From assembly GCA_019429255.1 (NCBI GenBank), contig JAHYIY010000012.1:2505-66504 (forward strand): DNA of 64,000 nucleotides, in the 5' to 3' direction. The first letter of the stretch is position 1. The number at the start of each line of letters is the position of its first letter. The position numbers and the translations under genes were made by a program. The notes beneath the pieces are model-generated. The model saw only the letters and a program-made list of their open reading frames with translations. It was not told the DNA's origin and made no database searches. Of the stretch, positions 48,327-57,331 are shown piece after piece. The DNA comes from Desulfuromonadales bacterium (lineage in GTDB: Bacteria; Desulfobacterota; Desulfuromonadia; Desulfuromonadales; Geopsychrobacteraceae).

Positions 48327-48827
48327 CTACATATTTTCTGAGGCACCATCGAAGCCATGAATTGTGCCCTGATTGTAGCAGCGCAGATGGCACTGATCCA
48401 GGCCGTAGAGCAGCAGACCGACCAGCAGTACCGGTAAAAAGTGGTCAGCGATGCCGCCGGTGAAGCTGTAAAAGAAATAAAAGGCGCTACGGTAGCCCAG
48501 GTGGTTCCAGGTGCTTTCCGGCCTGGATCGGCTAGCCAACGCCTTCAAACCCAGAATAATCGAAGAGCCGAAATAAACGGCCAGAGCGATGCTGACCATA
48601 TAGGCTGGGGGGGGATAGCCGAGCAATTGGCGCAGGGGTTCGGATGCCATGGCAAACAGATTCAGATCGCGCACATTGTAGGCACAAATACTTACCAGCA
48701 AAAAAAGGAACAATTCCCACAGGTTGTGGCGCGCCAGATGGTGGCCATTATCACGCAGATCACGGATCTTCTGCTGTCTGCTCTCATGGGGTTTTGTGCC
48801 GGCCTCGGATTGAATGCGTCTTTTCAT
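48327..48827 (-). CDS. Hypothetical membrane protein
   Basis: MKRRIQSEAG... followed by 4 predicted TM segments. RBS GGTGGAGG before the ATG at 48827. Confidence 0.5.
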   Translation of the reverse strand: MKRRIQSEAGTKPHESRQQKIRDLRDNGHHLARHNLWELFLFLLVSICAYNVRDLNLFAMASEPLRQLLGYPPPAYMVSIALAVYFGSSIILGLKALASRSRPESTWNHLGYRSAFYFFYSFTGGIADHFLPVLLVGLLLYGLDQCHLRCYNQGTIHGFDGASENM

Positions 48828-49148
48828 GTCAGCCTCCACCGTGATTGAGATTTCTGCAACTCCTGCTGTCTTTAGAAGCAGGTGTCGTGCCAACTTTGTT
48901 TATTGAACTATTTCTTAAAAATCAGGATGTTAAGGCGAGTTGCGCGGGTCTGGTGCGAGTGGTCGCGTCAATCTTTCCTGTTTGGCAGGAAAATTCTCAA
49001 GAGATGGGAATCAGCGTCGGTCGCAGTTTGGGATGGGTGAAAAAACCGCAGTGGTGGTGGCGGGGTATGACAAACGTTTGTCAGCTCGCAACGGGGCGGC
49101 ACCAGCTGGTGCCGCCCCGGATGAAGCAGTTTTTATGTCGGCACAAGA

Positions 49149-49823
49149 TCAGTGGCTTGGCACCGTACCATTTTCTTTGTGGTCGGGCACGTCATTGCCG
49201 TTTTCTTCCCACCCGGTCCACATGGTTTTGATGTGCTCCATGGGGGTGTGCCCGAGGGTGGTCAGGTAAACGTGGGTTGGCAGAAAGGCGATCAGGCAGC
49301 ATGCGAGCAGGAAATGGACGCTCATCAGAATTTTCATGCCGCCCATCATGACGATGACGCCACGCAAGGGTTCAACATTGGTCATAAAGATGCCGGTCAG
49401 GCTGACCAGTGGCATCAGTACGAACATGATGGCCAGATACGCTGACTTCTGCATCGGGTTGAATTTGTTCCTGGGTGTCGGGTGGTGCGGGTTTTCCCAG
49501 CCCAGGAAGTAGGTCAAAAAGTAGAATTTCGCCTGGCGCAACAGTCCGGTTTTCAGATCTTCAACTTTGGGAACATAGAGGTTTGCCATCGACCGGGCAA
49601 TGAAGACATAGTAGAAAAACCACAGGGTAAAGGATATCGCCACGACAAAACCGGCAGTGTTGTGGAGATAGATGGCGGACTTGTAGCTGCCGAGCAGGCT
49701 GATATATTCCGGAAAGCGGATCTGTGCTCCGGAAACGGTCAGGGTAACGATACCGAAAGCATTCAGCCAATGCCAGATGCGTACGGGTGTTGGTTGCAGA
49801 TAGATTTTTGTATTTTCAGCCAT
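49149..49823 (-). CDS. Di-haem cytochrome b membrane subunit (PF01292-like; CbcB-like)
   Basis: PTPVRIWHWLNAFGIVTLTVSG... and conserved His residues in TM helices; 224 aa. Confidence 0.85.
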   Translation of the reverse strand: MAENTKIYLQPTPVRIWHWLNAFGIVTLTVSGAQIRFPEYISLLGSYKSAIYLHNTAGFVVAISFTLWFFYYVFIARSMANLYVPKVEDLKTGLLRQAKFYFLTYFLGWENPHHPTPRNKFNPMQKSAYLAIMFVLMPLVSLTGIFMTNVEPLRGVIVMMGGMKILMSVHFLLACCLIAFLPTHVYLTTLGHTPMEHIKTMWTGWEENGNDVPDHKENGTVPSH

Positions 49824-49834
49824 GATGAATCCCC

Positions 49835-50878
49835 TTAATGTTGGCGGTTTTTGCGCGTCAGGAAGCGCAACAGTCCGTGACCTATCGGCATCACCAGGCC
49901 AGCGCTGATAATAAGCAGACCGAGAATGTTCATTGACGCGCTTCTGGTTGTGCCGACCATGTAGAAATCGGGTGTACCGTAGAGGGCGTCAAGGACGGCA
50001 CCCTGTTCAACGGTCACTCGCTGATATCCGCCATCGCGGTTTGGGATAGCCAGGAAACTGGTCTGCAGACTTTTCGGTCCGGAGATGTGACAGAAGGTAC
50101 AGTCGTAACGGTTGTCCAGGGTTTTCAAATCATGCGACACATCGCTTGGCACCAGGGTTCCTTCCAGGCGCAGGTTGCGGTACGCCGGGTTGCGATTAAA
50201 GCGGCGCAGTTCCGTCAGCGCGATAAAATTGTCGCCGTTGGTATCGATCAGGCTCAAAATGCCGGCATCACCACTGATCTCTTTTAGTATCTGATATTCG
50301 GGCAATTCAAAGCGGCTAAAGAAACGGTCGTCTTGGCGGACAACAATATTGAGCACAATCTCGTAACCCTCAGAACCGGTATGGCAGGTGATGCACGGCA
50401 GTTTGGCAATATGCAGGTCGGCCTGGGGGAGCCACACCTTGTGGACATCGACCATCGTTTGTGAGTCGTGACACCGGATGCATTTGTCGTTCATGTCGTA
50501 GCCGGCCATCGCTTTCATGGCGCGTGCCTCGTGGGGATTGTGGCAATCACCACAGATGGCGTAGTTGGCATGATCGGTCATCAGGTACTCCTGCCCCAGG
50601 GTATCGTGACAGTCAAGGCATGTCGCTCTGCTCAACTCGCTGACGCCACTGGGGTGGTCATCGCCGATCGTGTCATGGCAGACGACACAGCCGAGCACCG
50701 CGTGGGCGGTGGTGTCAAAGGTTGTCGGCACAATCAGCAGCTCTGCGTTGACCATATCGGCGTCACCGTGACACATCAGACAGTAGTCTGAATCCATGGC
50801 TGCCAGCGCACAGGGGACGAGCAGCAGCGCCCCGAGAAAAGCCGCGAACAACAATTTGCTATCGTAGGAGTGATTCAT
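49835..50878 (-). CDS. Seven-haem c-type cytochrome with a C-terminal TM anchor (CbcA-like)
   Basis: Seven CxxCH motifs (CLMCH, CVVCH, CLDCH, CGDCH, CIRCH, CITCH, CTFCH), a signal peptide, and a C-terminal hydrophobic helix. Confidence 0.9.
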   Translation of the reverse strand: MNHSYDSKLLFAAFLGALLLVPCALAAMDSDYCLMCHGDADMVNAELLIVPTTFDTTAHAVLGCVVCHDTIGDDHPSGVSELSRATCLDCHDTLGQEYLMTDHANYAICGDCHNPHEARAMKAMAGYDMNDKCIRCHDSQTMVDVHKVWLPQADLHIAKLPCITCHTGSEGYEIVLNIVVRQDDRFFSRFELPEYQILKEISGDAGILSLIDTNGDNFIALTELRRFNRNPAYRNLRLEGTLVPSDVSHDLKTLDNRYDCTFCHISGPKSLQTSFLAIPNRDGGYQRVTVEQGAVLDALYGTPDFYMVGTTRSASMNILGLLIISAGLVMPIGHGLLRFLTRKNRQH

Positions 50879-50950
50879 GATGTTTCCTTCCTGCGCAGAT
50901 CGTGAAGTGAGACAAGCCGGTCGCATTGACAGCATAACGAGGTTGATCCC

Positions 50951-51199
50951 TCAGCGGATTTTGGCCGGTGCCGTCTTGACTTCTTCCTGCGGCTTTTTCC
51001 CGAAGATCCCTTTTACGATGCCGAAAAGTATCGCCATAAGAGGAGCAAACTGGAGCAGGATGATCAATGCACAGGTTCCCAGGAAGAGATAGGTCAGCAG
51101 CATGCTGTTATCTTCACGTGCACCCGGTTGGGCGAAAGCAGGCAGTGTTGCACAGAGAAACAGACCAATAGTCAGAAGGCTTTGCTTGATTTTTTTCAT
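50951..51199 (-). CDS. Small membrane protein
   Basis: 82 aa; signal peptide (..LPAFAQ) plus one TM; lies within the operon. Confidence 0.5.
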   Translation of the reverse strand: MKKIKQSLLTIGLFLCATLPAFAQPGAREDNSMLLTYLFLGTCALIILLQFAPLMAILFGIVKGIFGKKPQEEVKTAPAKIR

Positions 51200-51242
51200 G
51201 ACATACTCCTTTTTTCTAGGAACAGTTGCGGCGTTAGTGTGT

Positions 51243-51638
51243 TCAGTTGACTATCAACTGGGCGCCACTCAGTGCACATTCAACAACAGACATCAATTCC
51301 TCATTGTCTTCCTGGTTGACCGGTTTTAAAGCGTGATAGAAGATGCCGTCCTCGCGGATACGGCGCAGGGTCTCCAGCGAACTGTCATCGGAAACCAGAA
51401 TGATGCGCAGGTTTTTGTTGCACCTGCGCATCAGCGCAATGACATCGACGGCGGAAATCTGTTCTTCGAAGCAGTCACCGAGGATGACGATCGGCTGATT
51501 TTTCCTGACAATTTGCGCTATCGCATAGGCAGCGGAATCGGTAGTTATGACCTCGTAGTTGGATTTTTTGAAAAATTCCGCCATTTTTTTCTGTGTTGAA
51601 ACGTCGCGATCAACAATCATGACCTTGCGTGCATACAT
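51243..51638 (-). CDS. Stand-alone receiver domain protein
   Basis: VMIVDRD...IVILGDCFEE...IILVSDD...YHALKP. Confidence 0.75.
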   Translation of the reverse strand: MYARKVMIVDRDVSTQKKMAEFFKKSNYEVITTDSAAYAIAQIVRKNQPIVILGDCFEEQISAVDVIALMRRCNKNLRIILVSDDSSLETLRRIREDGIFYHALKPVNQEDNEELMSVVECALSGAQLIVN

Positions 51639-51658
51639 GGTCGACTCCCTTGGCTGGT

Positions 51659-51907
51659 TCAGCGGGTTGATTTATCGACTATCGCGTCCCTTCCATCGCA
51701 AGTTTCCTTGATCAGGCCGGAAAACGTCAGCAGCGCTGGTACGCTTTGAAGTCCAATAGTCATGCCGACAAATACGATAAAGAGCTTGGTCAGAAGGGAT
51801 GTTTCGAGGCCCATGCTATCCAACAGAAAGAATCCACTGATGAGCAGCGGTGCTAACACGAGGACAACGCATAATCTGTGAATTCTTTTCATGAGAGCCT
51901 CCGTCAT
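51659..51907 (-). CDS. Small two-TM membrane protein
   Basis: 82 aa; first ORF after the sigma54 promoter. Confidence 0.45.
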   Translation of the reverse strand: MTEALMKRIHRLCVVLVLAPLLISGFFLLDSMGLETSLLTKLFIVFVGMTIGLQSVPALLTFSGLIKETCDGRDAIVDKSTR

Positions 51908-51939
51908 TGAAAGGGATTTATTATCTTATCTGGACAATA

Positions 51940-51955
51940 AGCAAGTTAAGTGCCA
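51940..51955 (-). promoter_or_regulatory. Sigma54 (-24/-12) promoter
   Basis: The minus strand reads TGGCAC-TTAAC-TTGCT, an exact consensus with correct spacing, 33 nt upstream of the ATG at 51907. Confidence 0.7.
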
Positions 51956-52056
51956 CCACTGAGGAATTCCCGTTTTTATTGGAAAAGTCGCTATATAGCA
52001 AGATGTTACGAGATTTGTCAGTAGGCGGTTCTGGAGGAAAACAGGTCAGGCTGGTA

Positions 52057-52115
52057 CGAAAAGCCGGGGCTGATTCCTGCCGGACAGGAAAATTCTCCTG
52101 GGTCAGGAATCAGCC
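52057..52115 (-). terminator. Rho-independent terminator after the EBP-like gene
   Basis: 12-bp arms ggctgattcctg/caggaatcagcc, followed on the minus strand by CCGGCTTTTCG. Confidence 0.55.
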
Positions 52116-52156
52116 ATCAGGCAGGGTCGCCGGAAAAGAGGTGGGGGTTGTTTTTT

Positions 52157-53095
52157 TTACAGCCCTTTTTTGCGGGCCGCCGACAGATGGAGGGTCTGGA
52201 TGCGGATATGGGCTGGCAGATCTTTGGCATAAAGGGTTTTCTGTTCACGGCTACAGAGCAGTGACTGCTCCAGAGTATTGATCAATTCGCGGACGTTGCC
52301 CGGCCATGAATAGAGTGCCAGCAGATCGAGATATTCCGGGGACAACTGTTTCTCGGCTACGCCGGATATTTCACAACAGCGGCGCAGATAATAACGCGCC
52401 AGCCGCTCAATATCGCTGCCGCGGCTGGCCAGGTCAGGCAAGGCGATGTGGCAATTACGCAGTTGCTCGAGCAAAAGGGGAGAAAACTTTCCCTGTTGTA
52501 CCAACACATCAGGGTCGTTGCGCGTCAAGCTGATCAGACGACAGGCTGCCGGTTGTTGTAACAGGCTCAAGAGGTGACTCTGCGCGGCAGTTTGCAGATC
52601 ATCAATATCTTCCAGAATCAGGCTGCCGTTGTCTGCTTCATGGAAGAAGTCCCAGGTCCGTGCCATGGCGTCAGGATTGTTTAGCAGGCCGCAGGGAACG
52701 GTGATCAGGGGGCGCTGTGAGCGCTTGCCCTGTTGATGGATTGCCCGGGCAAAAAGACTTTTTCCGCTTCCGGTGGCCCCCTGGATCAGCACTGCCTCAT
52801 CCATCTCAGCCATGGAGCGAACCAGTCCAGCGGCGACCCGTATGCGTGAATCTTCGCCAATAATTGTTGGCAGCGGTGGGTTGTTGCCTGCAGCCTGGTG
52901 GCTGCTACGCCGCAGAATCAGTTCCTGTCCGACAAGACAAAGCTCAACTTGCGCAAGGTTGAGATCGGGCAGATCAACGCGGATTTTCAGTTGACACAAC
53001 AGTCCGATCAGTTGTTCCAGGCCCTGATGCGCCAGATAGAGCTGCTCGACGAGGGGCCTGAGCTCAGGGATATGGAGCTCGTACTCTTGTGCCAT
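52157..53095 (-). CDS. Degenerate sigma54-EBP-like AAA+ protein lacking the GAFTGA loop and a DNA-binding domain
   Basis: Walker A GATGSGKS, Walker B LILEDIDD and WPGNVRELIN are present. The segment between NC.. and ..LDEI is ~15 aa short and has no GAFTGA. There is no C-terminal HTH. Confidence 0.7.
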   Translation of the reverse strand: MAQEYELHIPELRPLVEQLYLAHQGLEQLIGLLCQLKIRVDLPDLNLAQVELCLVGQELILRRSSHQAAGNNPPLPTIIGEDSRIRVAAGLVRSMAEMDEAVLIQGATGSGKSLFARAIHQQGKRSQRPLITVPCGLLNNPDAMARTWDFFHEADNGSLILEDIDDLQTAAQSHLLSLLQQPAACRLISLTRNDPDVLVQQGKFSPLLLEQLRNCHIALPDLASRGSDIERLARYYLRRCCEISGVAEKQLSPEYLDLLALYSWPGNVRELINTLEQSLLCSREQKTLYAKDLPAHIRIQTLHLSAARKKGL

Positions 53096-53198
53096 GGCAT
53101 ACCCGCCTTTCCGGTGAGAATGTCTTTGTTGCCTTTGTCCCTCGGCAAGTATGCATAAGCCGCGCCAACCGGCAGGTGAGCGGGGCGCGTGGGGCGGA

Positions 53199-54614
53199 TC
53201 AGGTCTTGCGGTTGATGTCGTGCTTTTTCAGCAGGGCGTACAGCCGTGATTGCGACAGTCCGGAGATATTACAGGCGCTGCTGATCTCTGTTCGGGTGAA
53301 AGCCATCAGGGTATTCAGGTATTGTCGTTCCGCCCGGATTAATGCCTCTTCACGATAATCCTGCAGCGGCGGAAGGGAGCCCGGTGCGCCATTCAGCGTT
53401 GGCAATTCCGGTTCGTTGTTGCCTTTTTCCAGGGACGCGCGGCGCACATGAACGCGGATGTGGCTCGGCAGGTGCTGCGGGAAGAGAGTTGGATCGTAGT
53501 GCGCAGCGGTGAGGGTTCTTTCCAGCGTGTTGACCAGTTCACGGACGTTGCCGGGCCAGGGGTAGAGCATCAGCATTTCCAGAAATTCTGCGTCCAGTCC
53601 CTTGGGGCCACAGCCGTGCTGTTCGCAGAAGCGGTCGACATAGTGGCGGGTCAGTGCCTTGATATCGTCTTTGCGTTTACGTAAAGAGGGCAGCTCGATC
53701 ACGAAGGAGCGTAAGCGGAACAGCAGGTCGCTGCGAAAGGACCCTTCCGCAGCCATAGCATCCAGATCACGATTGGTTGCGGCGATCAGGCGAAAATCAC
53801 TTTCAACCTCGTGCGTCGCCCCCAAAGGGCGAAAGCGATGTTCCTGCAGTACCCGCAGAAAGGCTTTTTGCAGGTTCATTGGCAACTCACCAACTTCGTC
53901 GAGGAACAGGGTGCCTTTGTGTGCTTGCTTCACCAGGCCGTCACGCGCGCGTTCTGCGCCGGTAAAGGCCCCCTTTTCGTGGCCGAAGAGCAGGCTTTCC
54001 ACCAGGGTTTCCGGCAGGGCAGTACAGTCAACGACGACGAAATTCTGGTTGCGCCGGGCGCTGTTAGCGTGAACTGCGCGGGCAAACAGTTCCTTGCCGG
54101 TACCGGTTTCGCCGCTGATAAAAACGTGAGCGTCGCTGCCGGCTGACTGGGCGACCAGTTCGAGACAGGCATTGAGGGCAGGACTGTTGCCGATGATGTC
54201 GGCGCGCTGCAGGGGAACCGCTTTTGTGACACGTAGCGCCTCCTGCTTTTCCTTGCGATATTGCAGGGCACGCTCCAGCGACAAGGTGATCTCTTTGATG
54301 GAAAAGCCCTTTTCGATATAGTCCCAGGCACCACTTTTGATGGCCAGTTCGGCACCGTCGGGGTCACCGAACCCGGTAATAATAATCACTTCCGGTGCCG
54401 AGGGTGCTGCGTCAATTTGCGCCAGGAAATCCAGCCCATTGCCGTCCGGCATCATGACATCAAGAAAGACAATATCGAAATCCTGCGTTTCAGCCAGTTC
54501 TCTTCCCTGCTGGAGGGTTGTCGCGCAGGTTGCCGCATGGCCTTTACGCTGAATCAGTGCCGACAGGGTCGCGCACATCATTTCATCATCATCAATAACC
54601 AGGATCTTGTTCAT
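53199..54614 (-). CDS. NtrC-family sigma54-dependent response regulator
   Basis: REC (ILVIDDD..FLDVMMPDG), AAA+ (GETGTGKE, GAFTGA, WPGNVREL) and a Fis HTH (ACNISGLSQSRLYALLKK). Confidence 0.92.
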   Translation of the reverse strand: MNKILVIDDDEMMCATLSALIQRKGHAATCATTLQQGRELAETQDFDIVFLDVMMPDGNGLDFLAQIDAAPSAPEVIIITGFGDPDGAELAIKSGAWDYIEKGFSIKEITLSLERALQYRKEKQEALRVTKAVPLQRADIIGNSPALNACLELVAQSAGSDAHVFISGETGTGKELFARAVHANSARRNQNFVVVDCTALPETLVESLLFGHEKGAFTGAERARDGLVKQAHKGTLFLDEVGELPMNLQKAFLRVLQEHRFRPLGATHEVESDFRLIAATNRDLDAMAAEGSFRSDLLFRLRSFVIELPSLRKRKDDIKALTRHYVDRFCEQHGCGPKGLDAEFLEMLMLYPWPGNVRELVNTLERTLTAAHYDPTLFPQHLPSHIRVHVRRASLEKGNNEPELPTLNGAPGSLPPLQDYREEALIRAERQYLNTLMAFTRTEISSACNISGLSQSRLYALLKKHDINRKT

Positions 54615-56947
54615 GCTTCTCCCCGCGCTACAGGGGTTGTTTTGGCCCTCAGCAGCTGTTCTACGGTTGCCAGCAGTTCGCTGCGTCTGACCGGTTTGAG
54701 CAGCAAACTGCTGATACCCAGCGCTGCTACATTGACATCACTAACGGCGGGGTCGGTCTCTGGTGATGAGCCGCTGCAAAGGATTATTGGCAGATCCGGC
54801 CGGATTTTCAGGGCCTCCGCCGCAAGTTGGGTGCCGGTCAGATGGGGCATGGTCTGGTCGCTAATCAGCACATCGCAGGCGAAGGTCTCCTGCCGCAGCA
54901 GATCAAGCACGGCCCGGCTGTCGGTGTGTGGCGTTACCTGGTAACCGCACCGCTCCAGGACGATTTTCATGGTAGTGACATAGTCGGCTTCGTCATCCAC
55001 GAACAGGATCTGTCCCTTGCCGCTGCCGGGCTGCGTTGTCGTGGCTGTGGCTGTTCCGCCTGCGGTGGCCGTCGTCACCGGCAATAGAACGCTAAAGGTG
55101 GTGCCGTCCCCAGCAATACTCACGGCGGAAATGTGGCCTTTATGCGCTTTGACGATGCCGTGAGCGATGGACAGACCAAGTCCGGTGCCTTTGCCCTGTT
55201 GCTTGGTGGTGAAAAAGGGATCGAAGATACGATCGAGAACTTCTCGATCCATGCCGTGGCCGTTATCGGTGACCATCATGCGCACATAGTCGCCACTGGG
55301 CAGATCAGGATAGTTGGTCCCGCCATTCTCGGTCAGGGTGATTTCGTCAAGACTGATATCAAGGACTCCGCTGTGTCCGGTCATCGCGTCGGCGGCGTTG
55401 GTGCACAGGTTCATGATGACCTGGTGGATCTGGGTCGGATCGGCATTGACCAGGCTGAGTTGCGCAGGGATTTGTTGCTGCAGCCTTATGGTGGACGGCA
55501 GGGTTGGGCGTAGCATACTGATGCATTCCTCCACCACCTGGGTCAGGCAGATTGGCTGTTGTGGTTGTTCGCTCTTGCGACTGATGGTCAGGAACTGGCG
55601 AACCAGACTCTTGCCGCGCAGGCCGGCCTTGAGGATCAGTTCCAGGCAAGGGCGCTGCGGATCGTGCTGGGGGGTGTCTTCCAGAGACATCTCGGCGTTG
55701 GTGATGATGATCGCCAGGATATTGTTGAAATCGTGGGCAATCCCGCCGGAAAGGGTTGCGAGGGCCTCCATTTTTTGGGCCTGGCGCAACTGGCGTTGTA
55801 AAACCACTTCCTGGCTGATATCTCGAACGGTGGCAACATAGCGGATGACGCTGCCGTTGGCGGCGACAACAGGAGCAATCCAGGCGGCGATGTCGTAGGT
55901 GCTGCCGTCTCTGCGTTTGTTGATAAAGTGCCCCGACAGGGCCTGGTTGCTTGAAAAAACTTTAAGGATAGCGCGGTAAAATTCGGGATTGCGGCGTGAG
56001 CATTCAAAGTGATGGAGAGCGACTCCGAGAGACTCGTCTTCCGGAATCCCGCACAGCTGAACGAAGCTGGAGTTGACGTACTGGATAGTACCGCCGGGGT
56101 CGAAGGTGATGATCCCGTCAGATGTTTGATCCATGGCAACAGCCAGCATCAGGCGCTCTTCTGTTTCCAGGCGGTGTCGTGCCTGCATGCGCAGGGTCTT
56201 GATGCCGTAGGAAAGATCCTCCGCCATCTCCGCCAGCAGTTCCGCCTTGTCCTGCGTGAATGCATTAGTCTGCCCGTTAAAGATAATCAATGCGCCGAAA
56301 ACCTGCTCATTGTCCTTCAGGGGCAGGGCAATGCAGGAAGCATAGCCGTATTTGCGTGCCTGCTGGTGCCAGGGGGCAAAGCGCACGTCGCCGAGAAGAT
56401 TTTGAAAAATAACGATTTCGCCGGTACGAATACAGGTGCCTGCCGGTCCCCGGCCGATATCGCTGTCAGCTGACCAGCTGGCCTGGAGATTTTCCAGGTA
56501 CACATTGTCGGCGCCCCAATGGGCCGCCGGTTTCAGGCTTTTTTTTGTGTCATCTTCTTTGAAGGCAACCCAGGCCATGCGATGTCCCCCGACCTCGACA
56601 CAAATGCGGCAGATCTCCTGCATCAGGGTCTCTTCATCTTCCAGCCTGGTGATTGCCCTTGAGCATTCACTGACGCTTCTTAGGGAACGGTTGACTCTTT
56701 GCAGGGATTTCTGGGTTTGCGAAACCGCTGCTTCCCAGAAGCGCAACAGCCAGTAAAGCATGATCGCGGAAAATATGATGAAGAACCAGTGTCCGAAATT
56801 TGTTGAATGCTGACTGATATCGGGACGATTGAGCAGGATTGCGAAAAGATGGTCCGAAAACAGGTTCCAGAAGGCACTGACAGCAATAAAAACCAGGGTG
56901 ACAACGATAGCGGTAGGACGATCGGATGTTGTTGCAGTAGTTGTCAT
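54611..56947 (-). CDS. Hybrid sensor histidine kinase (TM-GAF-PAS-HisKA-HATPase-REC)
   Basis: H-box [13 protein letters not shown] boxes ([17 protein letters not shown]), C-terminal receiver ([19 protein letters not shown]). Overlaps the regulator gene by 4 nt. Confidence 0.9.
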   Translation of the reverse strand: MTTTATTSDRPTAIVVTLVFIAVSAFWNLFSDHLFAILLNRPDISQHSTNFGHWFFIIFSAIMLYWLLRFWEAAVSQTQKSLQRVNRSLRSVSECSRAITRLEDEETLMQEICRICVEVGGHRMAWVAFKEDDTKKSLKPAAHWGADNVYLENLQASWSADSDIGRGPAGTCIRTGEIVIFQNLLGDVRFAPWHQQARKYGYASCIALPLKDNEQVFGALIIFNGQTNAFTQDKAELLAEMAEDLSYGIKTLRMQARHRLETEERLMLAVAMDQTSDGIITFDPGGTIQYVNSSFVQLCGIPEDESLGVALHHFECSRRNPEFYRAILKVFSSNQALSGHFINKRRDGSTYDIAAWIAPVVAANGSVIRYVATVRDISQEVVLQRQLRQAQKMEALATLSGGIAHDFNNILAIIITNAEMSLEDTPQHDPQRPCLELILKAGLRGKSLVRQFLTISRKSEQPQQPICLTQVVEECISMLRPTLPSTIRLQQQIPAQLSLVNADPTQIHQVIMNLCTNAADAMTGHSGVLDISLDEITLTENGGTNYPDLPSGDYVRMMVTDNGHGMDREVLDRIFDPFFTTKQQGKGTGLGLSIAHGIVKAHKGHISAVSIAGDGTTFSVLLPVTTATAGGTATATTTQPGSGKGQILFVDDEADYVTTMKIVLERCGYQVTPHTDSRAVLDLLRQETFACDVLISDQTMPHLTGTQLAAEALKIRPDLPIILCSGSSPETDPAVSDVNVAALGISSLLLKPVRRSELLATVEQLLRAKTTPVARGEA

Positions 56948-57090
56948 GGGCCCGATCTTTCAGGGATTAGCCGCGATGGCTGAAAGCAATAGGGACTGTA
57001 GTTCAGCATTAGAATTAGTAACAAAAATAACGGGTAAGTCAATCTGATTCAGCGTTGGCCTGTGCTGATGGCTACCGTCAGCCCTGGTAG

Positions 57091-57108
57091 TCATACTACT
57101 CAGTATGA
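57091..57108. promoter_or_regulatory. Palindrome, candidate EBP upstream activating site
   Basis: TCATACT-actc-AGTATGA, ~140 nt upstream of the sigma54 promoter at 57241, with an AT-rich (IHF-like) tract in between. Confidence 0.3.
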
Positions 57109-57240
57109 GTAACTATGTGCTAGTTAAGATGCTCGGGGGGTGTTGAGGCTCTCGGTGAGGCTGGTGCCCTGTTTTTTTATACTTATATAACATAATGATA
57201 ATAAAGAAGAAAATTGTTTTTAATCTGTTGTTTTCAGGTT

Positions 57241-57256
57241 TGGCACAGGTCCTGCC
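57241..57256 (+). promoter_or_regulatory. Sigma54-type promoter
   Basis: TGGCAC-AGGTC-CTGCC (GG-N10-GC spacing correct; -12 is CTGC rather than TTGC), 76 nt upstream of the ATG at 57332. Confidence 0.6.
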
Positions 57257-57331
57257 TTGATTGTGAGCGCGCATAGTGCGTAGCTACACGCTGACATTGT
57301 CCCTGATTTGAACTCTTCAAGGAGTTTTCCT

